Part shown: piece by piece, positions 8,915 to 18,726 of the stretch
How positions within the stretch are numbered: position 1 is the stretch's first letter
Layout: every line of letters starts with the position of its first letter
Source: Mycolicibacterium smegmatis
GTDB lineage: Bacteria > Actinomycetota > Actinomycetes > Mycobacteriales > Mycobacteriaceae
NCBI RefSeq assembly: GCF_001457595.1
Contig: NZ_LN831039.1
Location: forward strand, 3,720,001-3,752,000
DNA length: 32,000 bases
Reading direction: 5' to 3'
Notes under the pieces: model-generated
The model's input: the letters and a program-made list of their open reading frames with translations, nothing else
Databases searched by the model: none
Told to the model about the DNA's origin: nothing
Program-made: the position numbers and the translations under genes

Positions 8915-9957
8915 GACGGGTTTCCCATCGATACCAGGACTTTCACGTTCTCACCGTCGGCCGAGGCCGCGAATGCCTCGTCGGTGTGGTCGAATTCGTA
9001 TTCGGCGCTGATGATCTCGTCGACCGGCACCGCGCCCGATGCGAGCATGTCGATGGCGGCGGCGAAATCGTCGCGAACGTACATCAGGTTGCCGATGAGT
9101 GCGATCTCGCGGTCCTGGATCAACCCGAGCGGCACGGGTGTGGCGCCTTCGGCGACCCCGACGATCATCACCGCACCGCCCTTGTCCACCAGGTCGACCG
9201 CCTGGGCCACCGAGCTCTCGCGCGCCACGCAGTCGATCACCACCGCGGCCGGACCGCCGAGCAGATCGAGCGCGGTCGCGACCGCGTCGGGGGCTGCGGG
9301 ATCGAAAGTGCCGACGGCGCCGAGCCGTTCGGCGCGTACCCGTTTGGACTCCAGCAGATCGGCCACCACGACCCGCGCGCCCGCGTGGCGGGCGGCCAGC
9401 AGCGCGAACAGGCCGATGGGTCCGGCGCCGATCACGACGACCGGGCGGTCCGTGAGATCACCGACGACCTGCTCGGCGCGGCGCACGGTGTGCACCGGGG
9501 TGGCCAGCGGTTCGATGAGGATCGCGTGGCGGTCGTCGAGGGCGTCGTCGAGTCGTACGAGCCGGTCGGCGCCGATGACGAACGAGTCAGCGAGCGCGCC
9601 CGGGGTCTGGCAGCCGAACACCCGCAGTTCGCGGCAGATGTTGTAGCGCCCGTCGCGGCACTGTGCGCACGCACCGCACGCCAGGTTGGGTTCGACGGCC
9701 ACGCGTGCGCCCAGCCAGGAGTCGTCGACTCCCGCACCGAGCATCTCCACCACGCCGACGGCCTCGTGTCCGGGCCGGTACGGCAGGTCGATGAACGGGT
9801 GGTGTCCGCACGCGGCGTGCAGATCGGATCCGCAGATGCCAACCAGCACGGTGCGCACCCGCACCTCGCCGGGGCCCGGCTCCGGTTGCGGCACGGTCTC
9901 GATCGCGATGTCGTCGAGCGCGCTGACGACGACCCTTCTGATCTCGGTTCCTACCAT
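8911..9957 (-). CDS. Zinc-dependent medium-chain dehydrogenase (alcohol/polyol dehydrogenase family)
   Basis: 'GICGSDLHA', 'GHEAVGVV', structural-zinc cysteines 'CGACAQCRDGRYNIC', Rossmann 'VVVIGAGPIG'. Confidence 0.9.
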   Translation of the reverse strand: MVGTEIRRVVVSALDDIAIETVPQPEPGPGEVRVRTVLVGICGSDLHAACGHHPFIDLPYRPGHEAVGVVEMLGAGVDDSWLGARVAVEPNLACGACAQCRDGRYNICRELRVFGCQTPGALADSFVIGADRLVRLDDALDDRHAILIEPLATPVHTVRRAEQVVGDLTDRPVVVIGAGPIGLFALLAARHAGARVVVADLLESKRVRAERLGAVGTFDPAAPDAVATALDLLGGPAAVVIDCVARESSVAQAVDLVDKGGAVMIVGVAEGATPVPLGLIQDREIALIGNLMYVRDDFAAAIDMLASGAVPVDEIISAEYEFDHTDEAFAASADGENVKVLVSMGNPS

Positions 9958-10718
9958 GCGGTGTATCCGCCGTCCGCGACGAGCACCGAGCCGGTGATGA
10001 AGGAGGCCGCGTCGCTGGCCAGGAACACCACGCTGGGCGCGATCTCCTCGGGCACCGCGTAGCGCAGCTGCGGGGTGTCGTCGATCCAGTACCGCTTGAA
10101 CTCCGGCCGGTCAACCGGGGCCATGTCGGTCTTCACGTATCCGGGAGCCAGCGCGTTGACCCGGATTCCCAACGGGGCCCACTCGGCGGCAAGGGATTTC
10201 GTGAGGTGGTGCACCGCGGCCTTGGAGGCGTTGTACGCGGGCTGCATCTGGGGGCGGTTGACGATGATGCCCGACATCGAGCCGATGTTGACCACCGAGC
10301 CGCTGCCGCGCTCACGCATGTGCGCACCGACGGCGAGCGAACACGCCCACAGCGCCTTGACGTTGAGGTCGAACACGTCGTCCCACTGCTCTTCGGTGAC
10401 CGTCCAGGACTCACCGTGGTGGCACGTGCCCGCGTTGTTGACCAGGATGTCGATGTGACTGAGCGCGTCGATGGCCTCGGCCGTCATGCGCTCGACGTCC
10501 TCGGCCCTGGTGATGTCGGCCGTGATCGCGTGCAGTTGGTGTCCGGCCGCGGCGGCCTCGGCCGCGGTCTTCTCGTTGCGTTCGGCGTTGCGGCCCGAGA
10601 AGGCCACACGGGCACCGGCCTGTGCGAGTGCGATCGCGAAAGCCTTGCCCAGGCCCTGGTTTCCGCCGGTCACCAGCGCAGTGCGCCCGCTCAGATCGAA
10701 TGCCGAACGCACATCCAT
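9951..10718 (-). CDS. Short-chain dehydrogenase/reductase (classical SDR)
   Basis: ORF 9951..10892, likely start ATG at 10718 (MDVRSAFDLSGRTALVTGGNQGLG). Motifs TGGNQGLG, NNAG, catalytic S...YNASK. Confidence 0.9.
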   Translation of the reverse strand: MDVRSAFDLSGRTALVTGGNQGLGKAFAIALAQAGARVAFSGRNAERNEKTAAEAAAAGHQLHAITADITRAEDVERMTAEAIDALSHIDILVNNAGTCHHGESWTVTEEQWDDVFDLNVKALWACSLAVGAHMRERGSGSVVNIGSMSGIIVNRPQMQPAYNASKAAVHHLTKSLAAEWAPLGIRVNALAPGYVKTDMAPVDRPEFKRYWIDDTPQLRYAVPEEIAPSVVFLASDAASFITGSVLVADGGYTAW

Positions 10719-10744
10719 AGCGGTGCTCCCCTTCGCTTCGGCCG

Positions 10745-11785
10745 TCACTCGGGCACCACGATCGACTTGAGGCTCGCGGGGTCGCTGTCGCTGTCGAGGG
10801 CCTCGGCGACATGGTCGAGGTCGTAGCGACCGGTCACCAGCGCGTCGAGATCGACAGCACCAGAACTCACGAGATGGATTGCCGCAGGCCACGTGTCGGT
10901 GTACCGGAACACGCCGGTCACGTTGATCTCCATGTTCTGGATGTAGCCGACGGGCAGCGTCACGTCGTCGGCGCCCATGCCGACCAGCACGACGTTGCCC
11001 GCGGGGCCGACGGCCTTGATGCCGGACACCACGGCAGGCGCGGCGCCGCTGGCATCGACGAACGCGTCGACCTTGGGGTCGAGTGCGGCGACGTCATCGA
11101 CCGCGGGATCGAGCACCTCGGTGGCCCCGAACCGCAGGACCCGCTCGCGGCGTTCGGCCACCAGATCGGTCACCACGATGCGCGCGGCACCGAACGCGCG
11201 CGCGGTCTGCGCGCAGATCACGCCGATGGGCCCGGCGCCTGCGATGAGGATCGACGAACCTGGTACGACGCCGGCCTTGCGCATGGTCGCGATGGCCACC
11301 GACAGCGGTTCGAGCAGCGCCGCGGCGTCGTCGGAGATGGAGTCCGGCACGGCATGGGCCATGTCGTCGTCGATGGTGACGTAGCGGCAGAACGCCCCGT
11401 CGATCGGCGGGGTGGCATAGAACTTGATCTCGGGGCACAGGTTGTAGCGGCCGGCCTTGCACTGCTCGCAGCGCCGGCACGGGTGCTGCGGTTCGACCGC
11501 GACGCGCTGTCCGACCCGTGCGGGGTCGACGCCCTCACCGACCGCCGCGATCCGTCCCGACAACTCGTGGCCCAGGATCATCGGCTCGTTGACCACGAAG
11601 TCGCCGATACGACCGTGCCGGTAGTAGTGCACGTCGGAACCGCACACCCCGACGGCCGCGACCTCGACGAGCACCTCGTGCGGGCCCGGGGTCGGCACCG
11701 GCCGGTCCTCCACCACCACCGTGCCCACCGAGGTAAGCACGCTGGCGCGCATGGTGCCGCGGGCATCGGCTGCGACGGCGTTCAT
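10745..11785 (-). CDS. Zinc-dependent polyol (sorbitol/xylitol-like) dehydrogenase
   Basis: ORF 10745..11854; start at 11785 has an upstream GGAAAGGAAA Shine-Dalgarno-like tract. Motifs 'GVCGSDVHYYRHGRIGDFVV', 'CRRCEQCKAGRYNLC', 'ILIAGAGPIGVICAQTA'. Confidence 0.9.
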   Translation of the reverse strand: MNAVAADARGTMRASVLTSVGTVVVEDRPVPTPGPHEVLVEVAAVGVCGSDVHYYRHGRIGDFVVNEPMILGHELSGRIAAVGEGVDPARVGQRVAVEPQHPCRRCEQCKAGRYNLCPEIKFYATPPIDGAFCRYVTIDDDMAHAVPDSISDDAAALLEPLSVAIATMRKAGVVPGSSILIAGAGPIGVICAQTARAFGAARIVVTDLVAERRERVLRFGATEVLDPAVDDVAALDPKVDAFVDASGAAPAVVSGIKAVGPAGNVVLVGMGADDVTLPVGYIQNMEINVTGVFRYTDTWPAAIHLVSSGAVDLDALVTGRYDLDHVAEALDSDSDPASLKSIVVPE

Positions 11786-11892
11786 CTCGTTTCCTTTCCG
11801 GGGCGCGACCGGCGGTCTGCAGGCATGCATGGCCGTCGCGTCCGAGTTGCTCATCTGTTAGCGCGAAATCTCATTTGATGCTTGTGATGTGG

Positions 11893-11922
11893 ATCATGCA
11901 ATGCTCTATGCTCATGTGTCAA
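11893..11922 (-). promoter_or_regulatory. Candidate promoter for the minus-strand operon (TTGACA - 18 nt - CATGAT)
   Basis: Minus-strand TTGACA at 11922-11917 and weaker CATGAT at 11898-11893, upstream of the 11785 start. Confidence 0.4.
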
Positions 11923-11926
11923 CGCG

Positions 11927-11944
11927 TCTGCACATATGTGCAGA
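11927..11944. promoter_or_regulatory. Candidate SorC-family operator: perfect 18-bp palindrome TCTGCACATATGTGCAGA
   Basis: Perfect inverted repeat in the divergent intergenic region between the dehydrogenase gene (start 11785, -) and the SorC-type regulator (start 11984, +). Confidence 0.65.
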
Positions 11945-11983
11945 ACGTCGGTGCAGAGCGGCCGGACAGAAGGGAGATGCGGC

Positions 11984-12964
11984 ATGGGACCCGATGAGCT
12001 GTTCCAACGCGCGGTGATCGCGCGCCGCTACTACCTCGAAGGACGAACCCGCGTCCAGATCGCCGAGGAATTCGGCATCTCCCGGTTCAAGGTCGCCCGC
12101 ATGCTCGACGAAGCACTCGGCTCCGGCATGGTCGAGATCAAGATCCACAACCCGGGATCCATCGACGTCGAGCTGTCCACCGCGCTGCAGCGGCGCTACG
12201 GGCTACAGCACGCGTACGCCGTGATGACCAGCCCCGACAGCGATCCGCGCGGCACCGACACCGTCGGCGCCGACGACCGCGTCGCCTCGGTCGCCAAGGC
12301 CATGGCCGAGCTGCTGCAGTCGATCCTGCGCGACGGCGACGTGATCGGCGTGGACTGCGGCCGCACCCTGGCGCACATCGCCGACCACATCACCGAACTC
12401 CCGCACTGCGACGTCGTCCAGCTCACCGGTATGGCAGGCGCGATCACGCACAACGGCGTCGACCTGGTGCGCCGGATCAGCGAGGTCAGCGGCGGGCAGA
12501 CCTGGCCGCTGTATGCCCCGCTGGTGGTGTCGGACGCCCGCACGGCCGCGAGCCTGGCGAGCAGCCAGCAGATCCAGGACACCATCGCGCAGCACGCGAA
12601 GGTCACGTGCGCGATCGTCTCGGTCGGCGCCTGGGTCGAGGGCGCCTCGCAGGTGTACAGCTCGCTGACCACCACCGAGGTGGAGGCCCTGGAGGCCGCG
12701 GGCGTGTGCGCCGAATCGTGCGCGCTGCTGCTCGACGCCGAAGGCAACCGCCTGCCCGGGCTCGACGACCGCCGGATGGGCATCGACGAGGCCACACTGC
12801 GGGAGATCCCGACCGTCATCGCGATCGCCACCGGCCCGGAGAAGATCGCGGCGACACGCGCGGTGCTGCGCTCGGGAATGGTCTCATCACTGGTCACCGA
12901 CGTCGAGATCGCCGCCGCGGTGCTCGACGACAACGCAAACGAGGAAGGCGCAAAGCGAACATGA
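11984..12964 (+). CDS. SorC/DeoR-type sugar-binding transcriptional regulator
   Basis: ORF 11936..12964; likely start ATG 11984 with upstream AGGGAG. HTH region 'YYLEGRTRVQIAEEFGISRFKVARMLDEALGSGMVEIKI', then a SorC-like effector domain ('VIGVDCGRTLAHIADH'). Confidence 0.9.
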   Translation: MGPDELFQRAVIARRYYLEGRTRVQIAEEFGISRFKVARMLDEALGSGMVEIKIHNPGSIDVELSTALQRRYGLQHAYAVMTSPDSDPRGTDTVGADDRVASVAKAMAELLQSILRDGDVIGVDCGRTLAHIADHITELPHCDVVQLTGMAGAITHNGVDLVRRISEVSGGQTWPLYAPLVVSDARTAASLASSQQIQDTIAQHAKVTCAIVSVGAWVEGASQVYSSLTTTEVEALEAAGVCAESCALLLDAEGNRLPGLDDRRMGIDEATLREIPTVIAIATGPEKIAATRAVLRSGMVSSLVTDVEIAAAVLDDNANEEGAKRT

Positions 12965-13743
12965 CTCAGGCACAAGAGCTCTCGGTCGACTTCGACTTCA
13001 GGCTCGACGGCAAGGTGGCGCTGGTGACCGGCGCCGCGTCCGGGATCGGCGCCGCGATCGCCTCGGCGTATGCCACCAAGGGCGCCCGCATCGCCGCGGT
13101 CGATCTCAACGCCGAGGGTGCCGAGGCGCTCGCCGCCCAACTGGGTGGCGACCGCGGTGCGCATCGTGGCTTCGCGTGCGACGTCGCCGACGCGGCATCG
13201 GTGCAGGCCGCCGCCGACGCCGTCGCCGCGGAGTTCGGCCGCATCGACATCCTGGTGAACAGTGCCGGTGTCGCCCGTCTGGCGCCGGCCGAGGAACTGT
13301 CCCTTCAGGATTGGGACAGCACGCTCGCGATCAACCTCAGCGGCACGTTCCTGATGTGCCAGGCCGTGGGCAAACGGATGCTCGAGGCCGGCGGCGGCGC
13401 CATCGTCAACATGGCGTCACAGGCCGCGACGGTCGCCCTGGATCAGCACGTGGCGTACTGCGCGTCGAAGTTCGGCGTGGTCGGCGTGTCGAAAGTGCTT
13501 GCCGCCGAATGGGGTGGGCGCGGCGTGCGGGTCAACACCATCTCGCCCACCGTGGTCCTGACCGAACTTGGCCACAAGGCGTGGGACGGCCCGCGCGGGG
13601 ATGCCCTCAAGAAGCTCATCCCCACGGGCCGGTTCGCCTACCCGGACGAGATCGCCGCGGCCGCAGTGTTCCTCGCGTCCGACGCCGCCGCGATGATCAA
13701 CGGCGCCGACCTGGTCATCGACGGCGGCTACACCATCAAGTAG
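12961..13743 (+). CDS. Short-chain dehydrogenase/reductase (classical SDR), coupled to the regulator
   Basis: ATGA overlap at 12961; motifs TGAASGIG, NSAG, YCASK; 'ADLVIDGGYTIK' C-terminus. Confidence 0.92.
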   Translation: MTQAQELSVDFDFRLDGKVALVTGAASGIGAAIASAYATKGARIAAVDLNAEGAEALAAQLGGDRGAHRGFACDVADAASVQAAADAVAAEFGRIDILVNSAGVARLAPAEELSLQDWDSTLAINLSGTFLMCQAVGKRMLEAGGGAIVNMASQAATVALDQHVAYCASKFGVVGVSKVLAAEWGGRGVRVNTISPTVVLTELGHKAWDGPRGDALKKLIPTGRFAYPDEIAAAAVFLASDAAAMINGADLVIDGGYTIK

Positions 13744-13759
13744 CCCGGCACCCGCGCCG

Positions 13760-15232
13760 TCACAACAGGGTCGCGGTGCCGTCGGCGTGCACCTCGACGC
13801 GTGCCCCGGCGATGTCCTCACGCACGGTGGCCGCGGCCTGCGACTCGTCGGTGATCACCGCGAGCGTGCGCGCGCCATCGGGCGTGCGCACCGCCAGGAA
13901 CGCCTTCTCCGGCGCACCGTCCCGGTTGAACGGCGTGGTCCAGGATTCGACCGTCCCGGTGCCCACCCATTCCACGGCCAGCTTGCGGGTGGGCTCGGCA
14001 TCCACCACGGATTGCACGTCCTCCCAACGGAATTCCTGTTCAGGCGGTTCGGTGCCGTACACCCCGAAGCTGTGCTTGGTGAGGTATCCGCCGTTGGCGG
14101 TGATCAATCCGCGCGTGCCGGGCTCGGCGACGAGCTTCTCGGCCATGGTCGCGATCGAGTGCGTGACGTAGTTGTTCCATGGTCCGCCCGCGAAGGTCAG
14201 GCCTCCGGTCACCGTGAGCGGCCGTGCGGGATCGTCGGTCGGCAACCCGAGTTCGGCGGCCGCGACCTGGACCGCCGAGGGAAAGCACGAGTACACGTCG
14301 ACGAAGTCGATCGCGTCGATATCGGCGCCCGCCAGTTCGAGCACCCGGCGTCCGGCGATGCGGATCGCCGGGGACCGGTGCAACTCGTCGCGTTCCCCGA
14401 TCGCGTAGGTGTCGTGTGAATCGGTTCCCGCGTACGGGAAAACCCAGCGGTCCATGGGGATCTGAAGGTAGGTCGCCATCTGGACCGTGGTGAGGATCAG
14501 CACCGCACCCTGGTCGACCATGTTGTTGGAGTTCATGAGCTTCGGGTACGGCCAGCTGATCATCCGGTTGTCCGGCCCCACCTGCGTGATCTGCTGCGCG
14601 GTCACTGCGTCACGATTCCAGGCGTGCGGGTTCCTGGCGGCCACGGCGCTGAACCGCGACCACAGCGCACCGATCCGGTCGCGGTGCTCATCGGGTGTCT
14701 CCCCCGCCGCGATCCGCAGCGCCTGCTCGAACATCGGATACACGAACGCCGGGCGGTCCAGCTTGATCCGGTTCTCGGCGTCACCGGCCATGGGGACGTT
14801 GTCGTCGCCACCCGGGGCCACGGGCACGGTGTCGTCCTGACGTGTCCAGTCCGGGCGCACCCCGCGCGCCCGCAGACGACTGCGGGTCCGCCACGTCTCG
14901 GCACCCGCGATCAGCACCACCTCGGCACGTCCGGCCTGCAGATCCAGGCACGCGTGATTGACCAGGGTCTGCGGCACGTTGCCACCGATACCCGTGTACC
15001 GCGTCCGCGCCCCGGCGGCGCCGATGCGACCTGCGAGCAGCAGGCCCGGGTCCCGGTACCGCCACGACAACAGGTTGACCACGCGCACCGAGTCCACGGC
15101 CTGCAGCACACGGGGATCCACGGCGTTCCTGGCGGCCTCGGCCATCAGGTCCACCGGTTCGGTGGCAGGGTTCTCGTCGTATTGACTGACCTGGCCGTAC
15201 CCGACCAACACGGGCGTTCGATTCACGGACAC
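13760..15232 (-). CDS. Thiolase-like / acetyl-CoA acetyltransferase-family protein (490 aa)
   Basis: Thiolase-fold segments 'AEVVLIAGAETWRTRSR', 'IDFVDVYSCFPSAVQVAAAELGL', 'GGLTFAGGPWNNYVTHSIATMAEKL', 'GLITANGGYLTKHSFGVY'; extra C-terminal domain. Confidence 0.85.
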   Translation of the reverse strand: MSVNRTPVLVGYGQVSQYDENPATEPVDLMAEAARNAVDPRVLQAVDSVRVVNLLSWRYRDPGLLLAGRIGAAGARTRYTGIGGNVPQTLVNHACLDLQAGRAEVVLIAGAETWRTRSRLRARGVRPDWTRQDDTVPVAPGGDDNVPMAGDAENRIKLDRPAFVYPMFEQALRIAAGETPDEHRDRIGALWSRFSAVAARNPHAWNRDAVTAQQITQVGPDNRMISWPYPKLMNSNNMVDQGAVLILTTVQMATYLQIPMDRWVFPYAGTDSHDTYAIGERDELHRSPAIRIAGRRVLELAGADIDAIDFVDVYSCFPSAVQVAAAELGLPTDDPARPLTVTGGLTFAGGPWNNYVTHSIATMAEKLVAEPGTRGLITANGGYLTKHSFGVYGTEPPEQEFRWEDVQSVVDAEPTRKLAVEWVGTGTVESWTTPFNRDGAPEKAFLAVRTPDGARTLAVITDESQAAATVREDIAGARVEVHADGTATLL

Positions 15233-15282
15233 AGGACGTATTCAACAACTCGGCGTGCGGGTGAGGTCAGCCGCCCGCTGAT

Positions 15283-16164
15283 TCAGGCCACGAGTTTCTC
15301 GACCCAGCCCAGCACCGCGTCCACGTCGGTCTCGACGTACATCAGGTCGACGAACGCGTCGGGGTAGCCGCCCTCGGCGAGGATTTTCACCGCGTCGGCG
15401 ACCTGGCTCACGCTGCTGCCCGGCGCGACGTTGATCCGCACGTGGGTCGCGATGTTCGCCGGATCGCGGCCTGCGGCCTCGGCGGCCGCGTCGATCACCC
15501 GACGCTGCGCCCGCAACGCGTCGATGCTCACCGCGCCCGGCACGAACACCGCGGGCAGCCACCCGTCTCCGCGACGGCCGATGCGGCGCAGGCCCGCGGG
15601 TGTGAACGCGCCCAGACAAATCGGCAGCCGTGGCCGTTGCACGGGTTTGAGCCCGACCCACGACTCCGGTACCGACCACCGCTTGCCTTCGTGTCTCACG
15701 GGATCGTCGGTCCACAGCGCCTCGAGCGCGTCGAGGATCTCGTCGAGTTGCGCGCCCCTACCGTCGAACGGGGCACCCGCGGCCTGGTACTCCTCGGGCG
15801 ACCAGCCGATGCCGAAACCCGGGGTCAGGCGGCCACCGCTGACGGCGTCGATGCTCGCGAGCTGACGCGCCAGCTGCACGGGCGGGTACCACGGCGCGAC
15901 GAAGACACTGCTGCCCAGCCGTGCCGTCGACGTCGCGGCCGCGGCGACCGCGAGCGCGGTGAACGGGTCCAGGCAGGCCCGGAACTGCTCGGGGATGGTG
16001 TCACCGCCGGCATAACCCACCGTGGGGTCGACCGCTGCCAGCAACCGGTCCCCCACCCACAGACTCTGCGCTCCGAGCTGCTCGGCGGTGGACGCGAACC
16101 GCGCCAGCTCACCCCCGGCGGCAAAAGCGGCCGAACCGAACTGCGGTAACGCGAATCCCAGCAC
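15283..16164 (-). CDS. LLM-class (F420-type) flavin-dependent oxidoreductase
   Basis: ORF 15283..16311, but homology-like sequence begins at GTG 16164 ([14 protein letters not shown]...). '[48 protein letters not shown]'. Confidence 0.88.
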   Translation of the reverse strand: MLGFALPQFGSAAFAAGGELARFASTAEQLGAQSLWVGDRLLAAVDPTVGYAGGDTIPEQFRACLDPFTALAVAAAATSTARLGSSVFVAPWYPPVQLARQLASIDAVSGGRLTPGFGIGWSPEEYQAAGAPFDGRGAQLDEILDALEALWTDDPVRHEGKRWSVPESWVGLKPVQRPRLPICLGAFTPAGLRRIGRRGDGWLPAVFVPGAVSIDALRAQRRVIDAAAEAAGRDPANIATHVRINVAPGSSVSQVADAVKILAEGGYPDAFVDLMYVETDVDAVLGWVEKLVA

Positions 16165-16292
16165 GTGGCAAGGGTAACCGGCGCATCGACCGATCGCGGG
16201 TTCGATCGCCGCACCGGGGGTATCCGAAAACAGGTACCGCGAGAACACGCGGTTGCCCCACACCATCGACCGCCAACCCTCACGATGGAGCC

Positions 16293-18665
16293 ATGAGCGA
16301 CGCGACCACATCCCCGGCGCTGACCGATTCGGAACTCGAACTGCTCGACGCGTACTGGCGCGCGGCCAACTACCTGTCCGTCGGCCAGATCTATCTGCTC
16401 GACAACCCCCTGCTCGCCGAACCGCTCGCGGCCGAACACGTCAAACCGCGTCTGCTCGGCCACTGGGGAACGACACCCGGCCTGAACCTGATCTACGCAC
16501 ATCTCAACCGGATCATCCGTGAGCGCGACGCCAACGTCATCTACATCACCGGCCCTGGCCACGGCGGTCCCGGTCTGGTGGCCAACGCATATCTGGAGGG
16601 CACCTACAGCGAGGTCTACACGGGAATCGGGCAGGATGTCGACGGGATGCGGAAACTGTTCCGGCAGTTCAGCTTTCCGGGCGGCATCCCCAGCCACGTG
16701 GCAGCCGAGACGCCCGGCTCGATCCACGAGGGCGGCGAACTGGGTTATGCACTGGTGCACGCGTACGGTGCGGCGTTCGACAACCCCGACCTCGTGGTGG
16801 CCTGCGTCGTGGGCGACGGCGAGGCCGAAACCGGTCCGCTCGCGGCGAGCTGGCACTCCAACAAGTTCCTCAATCCCGTCACCGACGGCGCGGTGCTGCC
16901 GATCCTGCACCTCAACGGCTACAAGATAGCCAATCCCACTGTGCTGTCCCGGATTCCGCAAGAGGAGCTCGAATCCCTGTTCCTCGGCTACGGATACCGG
17001 CCGATCACGGTCGCCGGTGACGACCCGGCGAACGTGCACCAGCAGCTGGCGATCGCGATGGACGAGGCGTTCGACCAGATCGCCGCGATCCAGCGCGCGG
17101 CGCGCCTCGACGACGAATCCGGGCGACCGCTGTGGCCGATGATCATCATGCGCACACCCAAGGGATGGACCGGTCCGGTTACGGTGGACGGGAACAAGGT
17201 GGAAGGCACCTGGCGCTCGCACCAGGTGCCGCTCTCGGAGACCCGCACCAATCCCGACCACATGGCCCAGCTCGAAGAGTGGCTGCGCAGTTACCGCCCG
17301 CACGAACTGTTCGACGGCACCGGGGCACTGCGACCGGAACTGCGCGCACTGGCGCCGGCAGGCGACCGCCGGATGAGCGCCAACCCGCACGCCAACGGCG
17401 GCCTGCTGCTGCGCGATCTGGACCTGCCCGATTTCACCGACTACGCGGTGCCCGTCGACAGGCCCGCGACCACCAGCGTCCAGGCCACCCAGGTGCTCGG
17501 CGAGTTCCTGCGCGACGTGATCGCCCGCAACCCGGACCGGTTCCGCGTCATGGGGCCCGACGAGACCGCGTCGAACCGGCTCTCGGCGGTGTTCGAGGCG
17601 ACCGACAAGACCTGGCTGGCCGAGACCGGGCCCGACGACGAACACCTCGCGCCCGACGGACGCGTCATGGAGGTGCTGTCCGAGCACCTGTGCCAGGGCT
17701 GGCTGGAGGGTTACCTGCTGACCGGCAGGCACGGCCTCTTCAGTTGCTACGAGGCGTTCGTGCACATCGTCGACTCGATGCTCAATCAGCATGTCAAGTG
17801 GTTGACCAGCAGCGCGGCACTCACGTGGCGCAGGCCCATCGCGTCGCTGAACTACCTGCTGACCTCACATGTGTGGCGCCAGGACCACAACGGCGCGTCA
17901 CACCAGGACCCCGGCTTCATCGACCACGTCGCCAACAAGCGACCCGAGGCGGTTCGGGTGTACCTGCCGCCCGACGCCAACACGCTGCTGTCGGTCGCCG
18001 ACCACTGCCTGCGCAGCCGCCACTACGTCAACGTCGTCGTCGCGGGCAAGCAGCCCGCGCTGAGTTACCTCACGATGGACGAGGCGATCGCGCACTGCAC
18101 GCGCGGGCTCGGCATCTGGGACTGGGCGAGCTCTGACACCTCGGGTGAACCGGATGTCGTGCTGGCCTGCGCGGGCGACATCCCGACGCTGGAGACGCTG
18201 GCCGCCGCCGACATCCTGCGCCGCAGGCTGCCCGATCTGAAGGTGCGTGTGGTCAACGTCGTCGACATCATGCGGCTGCAACCGGAATCAGAGCATCCGC
18301 ACGGCTTGTCCGAACGCGACTTCGACTCGGTCTTCACCACCGACCGGCCGATCATCTTCGCCTACCACGGCTATCCGTGGCTGATCCACCGCCTGACCTA
18401 CCGGCACGCCAACCACGCGCAACTGCACGTGCGTGGCTTCAAGGAGCGCGGCACCACCACGACACCCTTCGACATGGTGATGCTCAACGACCTGGACCGC
18501 TTCCATCTCGTCATGGACGTCATCGACCGCGTCGAGGGGCTCGGGACCCGGGCGGCCGCACTGCGTCAGGAGATGGCCGACGCGCGGCTGGCGGCGCGCC
18601 GGTACACCCGCGAGCACGGCGAGGACGATCCGGCCATCTCGGAGTGGACCTGGCAGGCCGATTGA
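16293..18665 (+). CDS. xfp: Xylulose-5-phosphate/fructose-6-phosphate phosphoketolase (790 aa)
   Basis: '[26 protein letters not shown]', '[29 protein letters not shown]', '[16 protein letters not shown]', '[13 protein letters not shown]', '[16 protein letters not shown]'-type segments characteristic of the family. Confidence 0.96.
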   Translation: MSDATTSPALTDSELELLDAYWRAANYLSVGQIYLLDNPLLAEPLAAEHVKPRLLGHWGTTPGLNLIYAHLNRIIRERDANVIYITGPGHGGPGLVANAYLEGTYSEVYTGIGQDVDGMRKLFRQFSFPGGIPSHVAAETPGSIHEGGELGYALVHAYGAAFDNPDLVVACVVGDGEAETGPLAASWHSNKFLNPVTDGAVLPILHLNGYKIANPTVLSRIPQEELESLFLGYGYRPITVAGDDPANVHQQLAIAMDEAFDQIAAIQRAARLDDESGRPLWPMIIMRTPKGWTGPVTVDGNKVEGTWRSHQVPLSETRTNPDHMAQLEEWLRSYRPHELFDGTGALRPELRALAPAGDRRMSANPHANGGLLLRDLDLPDFTDYAVPVDRPATTSVQATQVLGEFLRDVIARNPDRFRVMGPDETASNRLSAVFEATDKTWLAETGPDDEHLAPDGRVMEVLSEHLCQGWLEGYLLTGRHGLFSCYEAFVHIVDSMLNQHVKWLTSSAALTWRRPIASLNYLLTSHVWRQDHNGASHQDPGFIDHVANKRPEAVRVYLPPDANTLLSVADHCLRSRHYVNVVVAGKQPALSYLTMDEAIAHCTRGLGIWDWASSDTSGEPDVVLACAGDIPTLETLAAADILRRRLPDLKVRVVNVVDIMRLQPESEHPHGLSERDFDSVFTTDRPIIFAYHGYPWLIHRLTYRHANHAQLHVRGFKERGTTTTPFDMVMLNDLDRFHLVMDVIDRVEGLGTRAAALRQEMADARLAARRYTREHGEDDPAISEWTWQAD

Positions 18666-18726
18666 GTTCGCCCGCGAAAGCTCGCTGAGCTTGGAGTTCG
18701 CGCCTGCTGGGTACACTGCGCAAGTT

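Noticed and set aside
7448-9646. 732-aa plus-strand ORF antisense to the ABC ATPase and dehydrogenase genes
   Set aside because: Low-complexity composition and full overlap with motif-supported genes; shadow ORF.
12196-13164. 322-aa minus-strand ORF opposite the SorC regulator and SDR
   Set aside because: Ser/Thr/Ala-rich shadow translation without domains.
15825-17792. 655-aa minus-strand ORF opposite phosphoketolase
   Set aside because: No recognisable motifs and overlaps the phosphoketolase, which has unmistakable family motifs.
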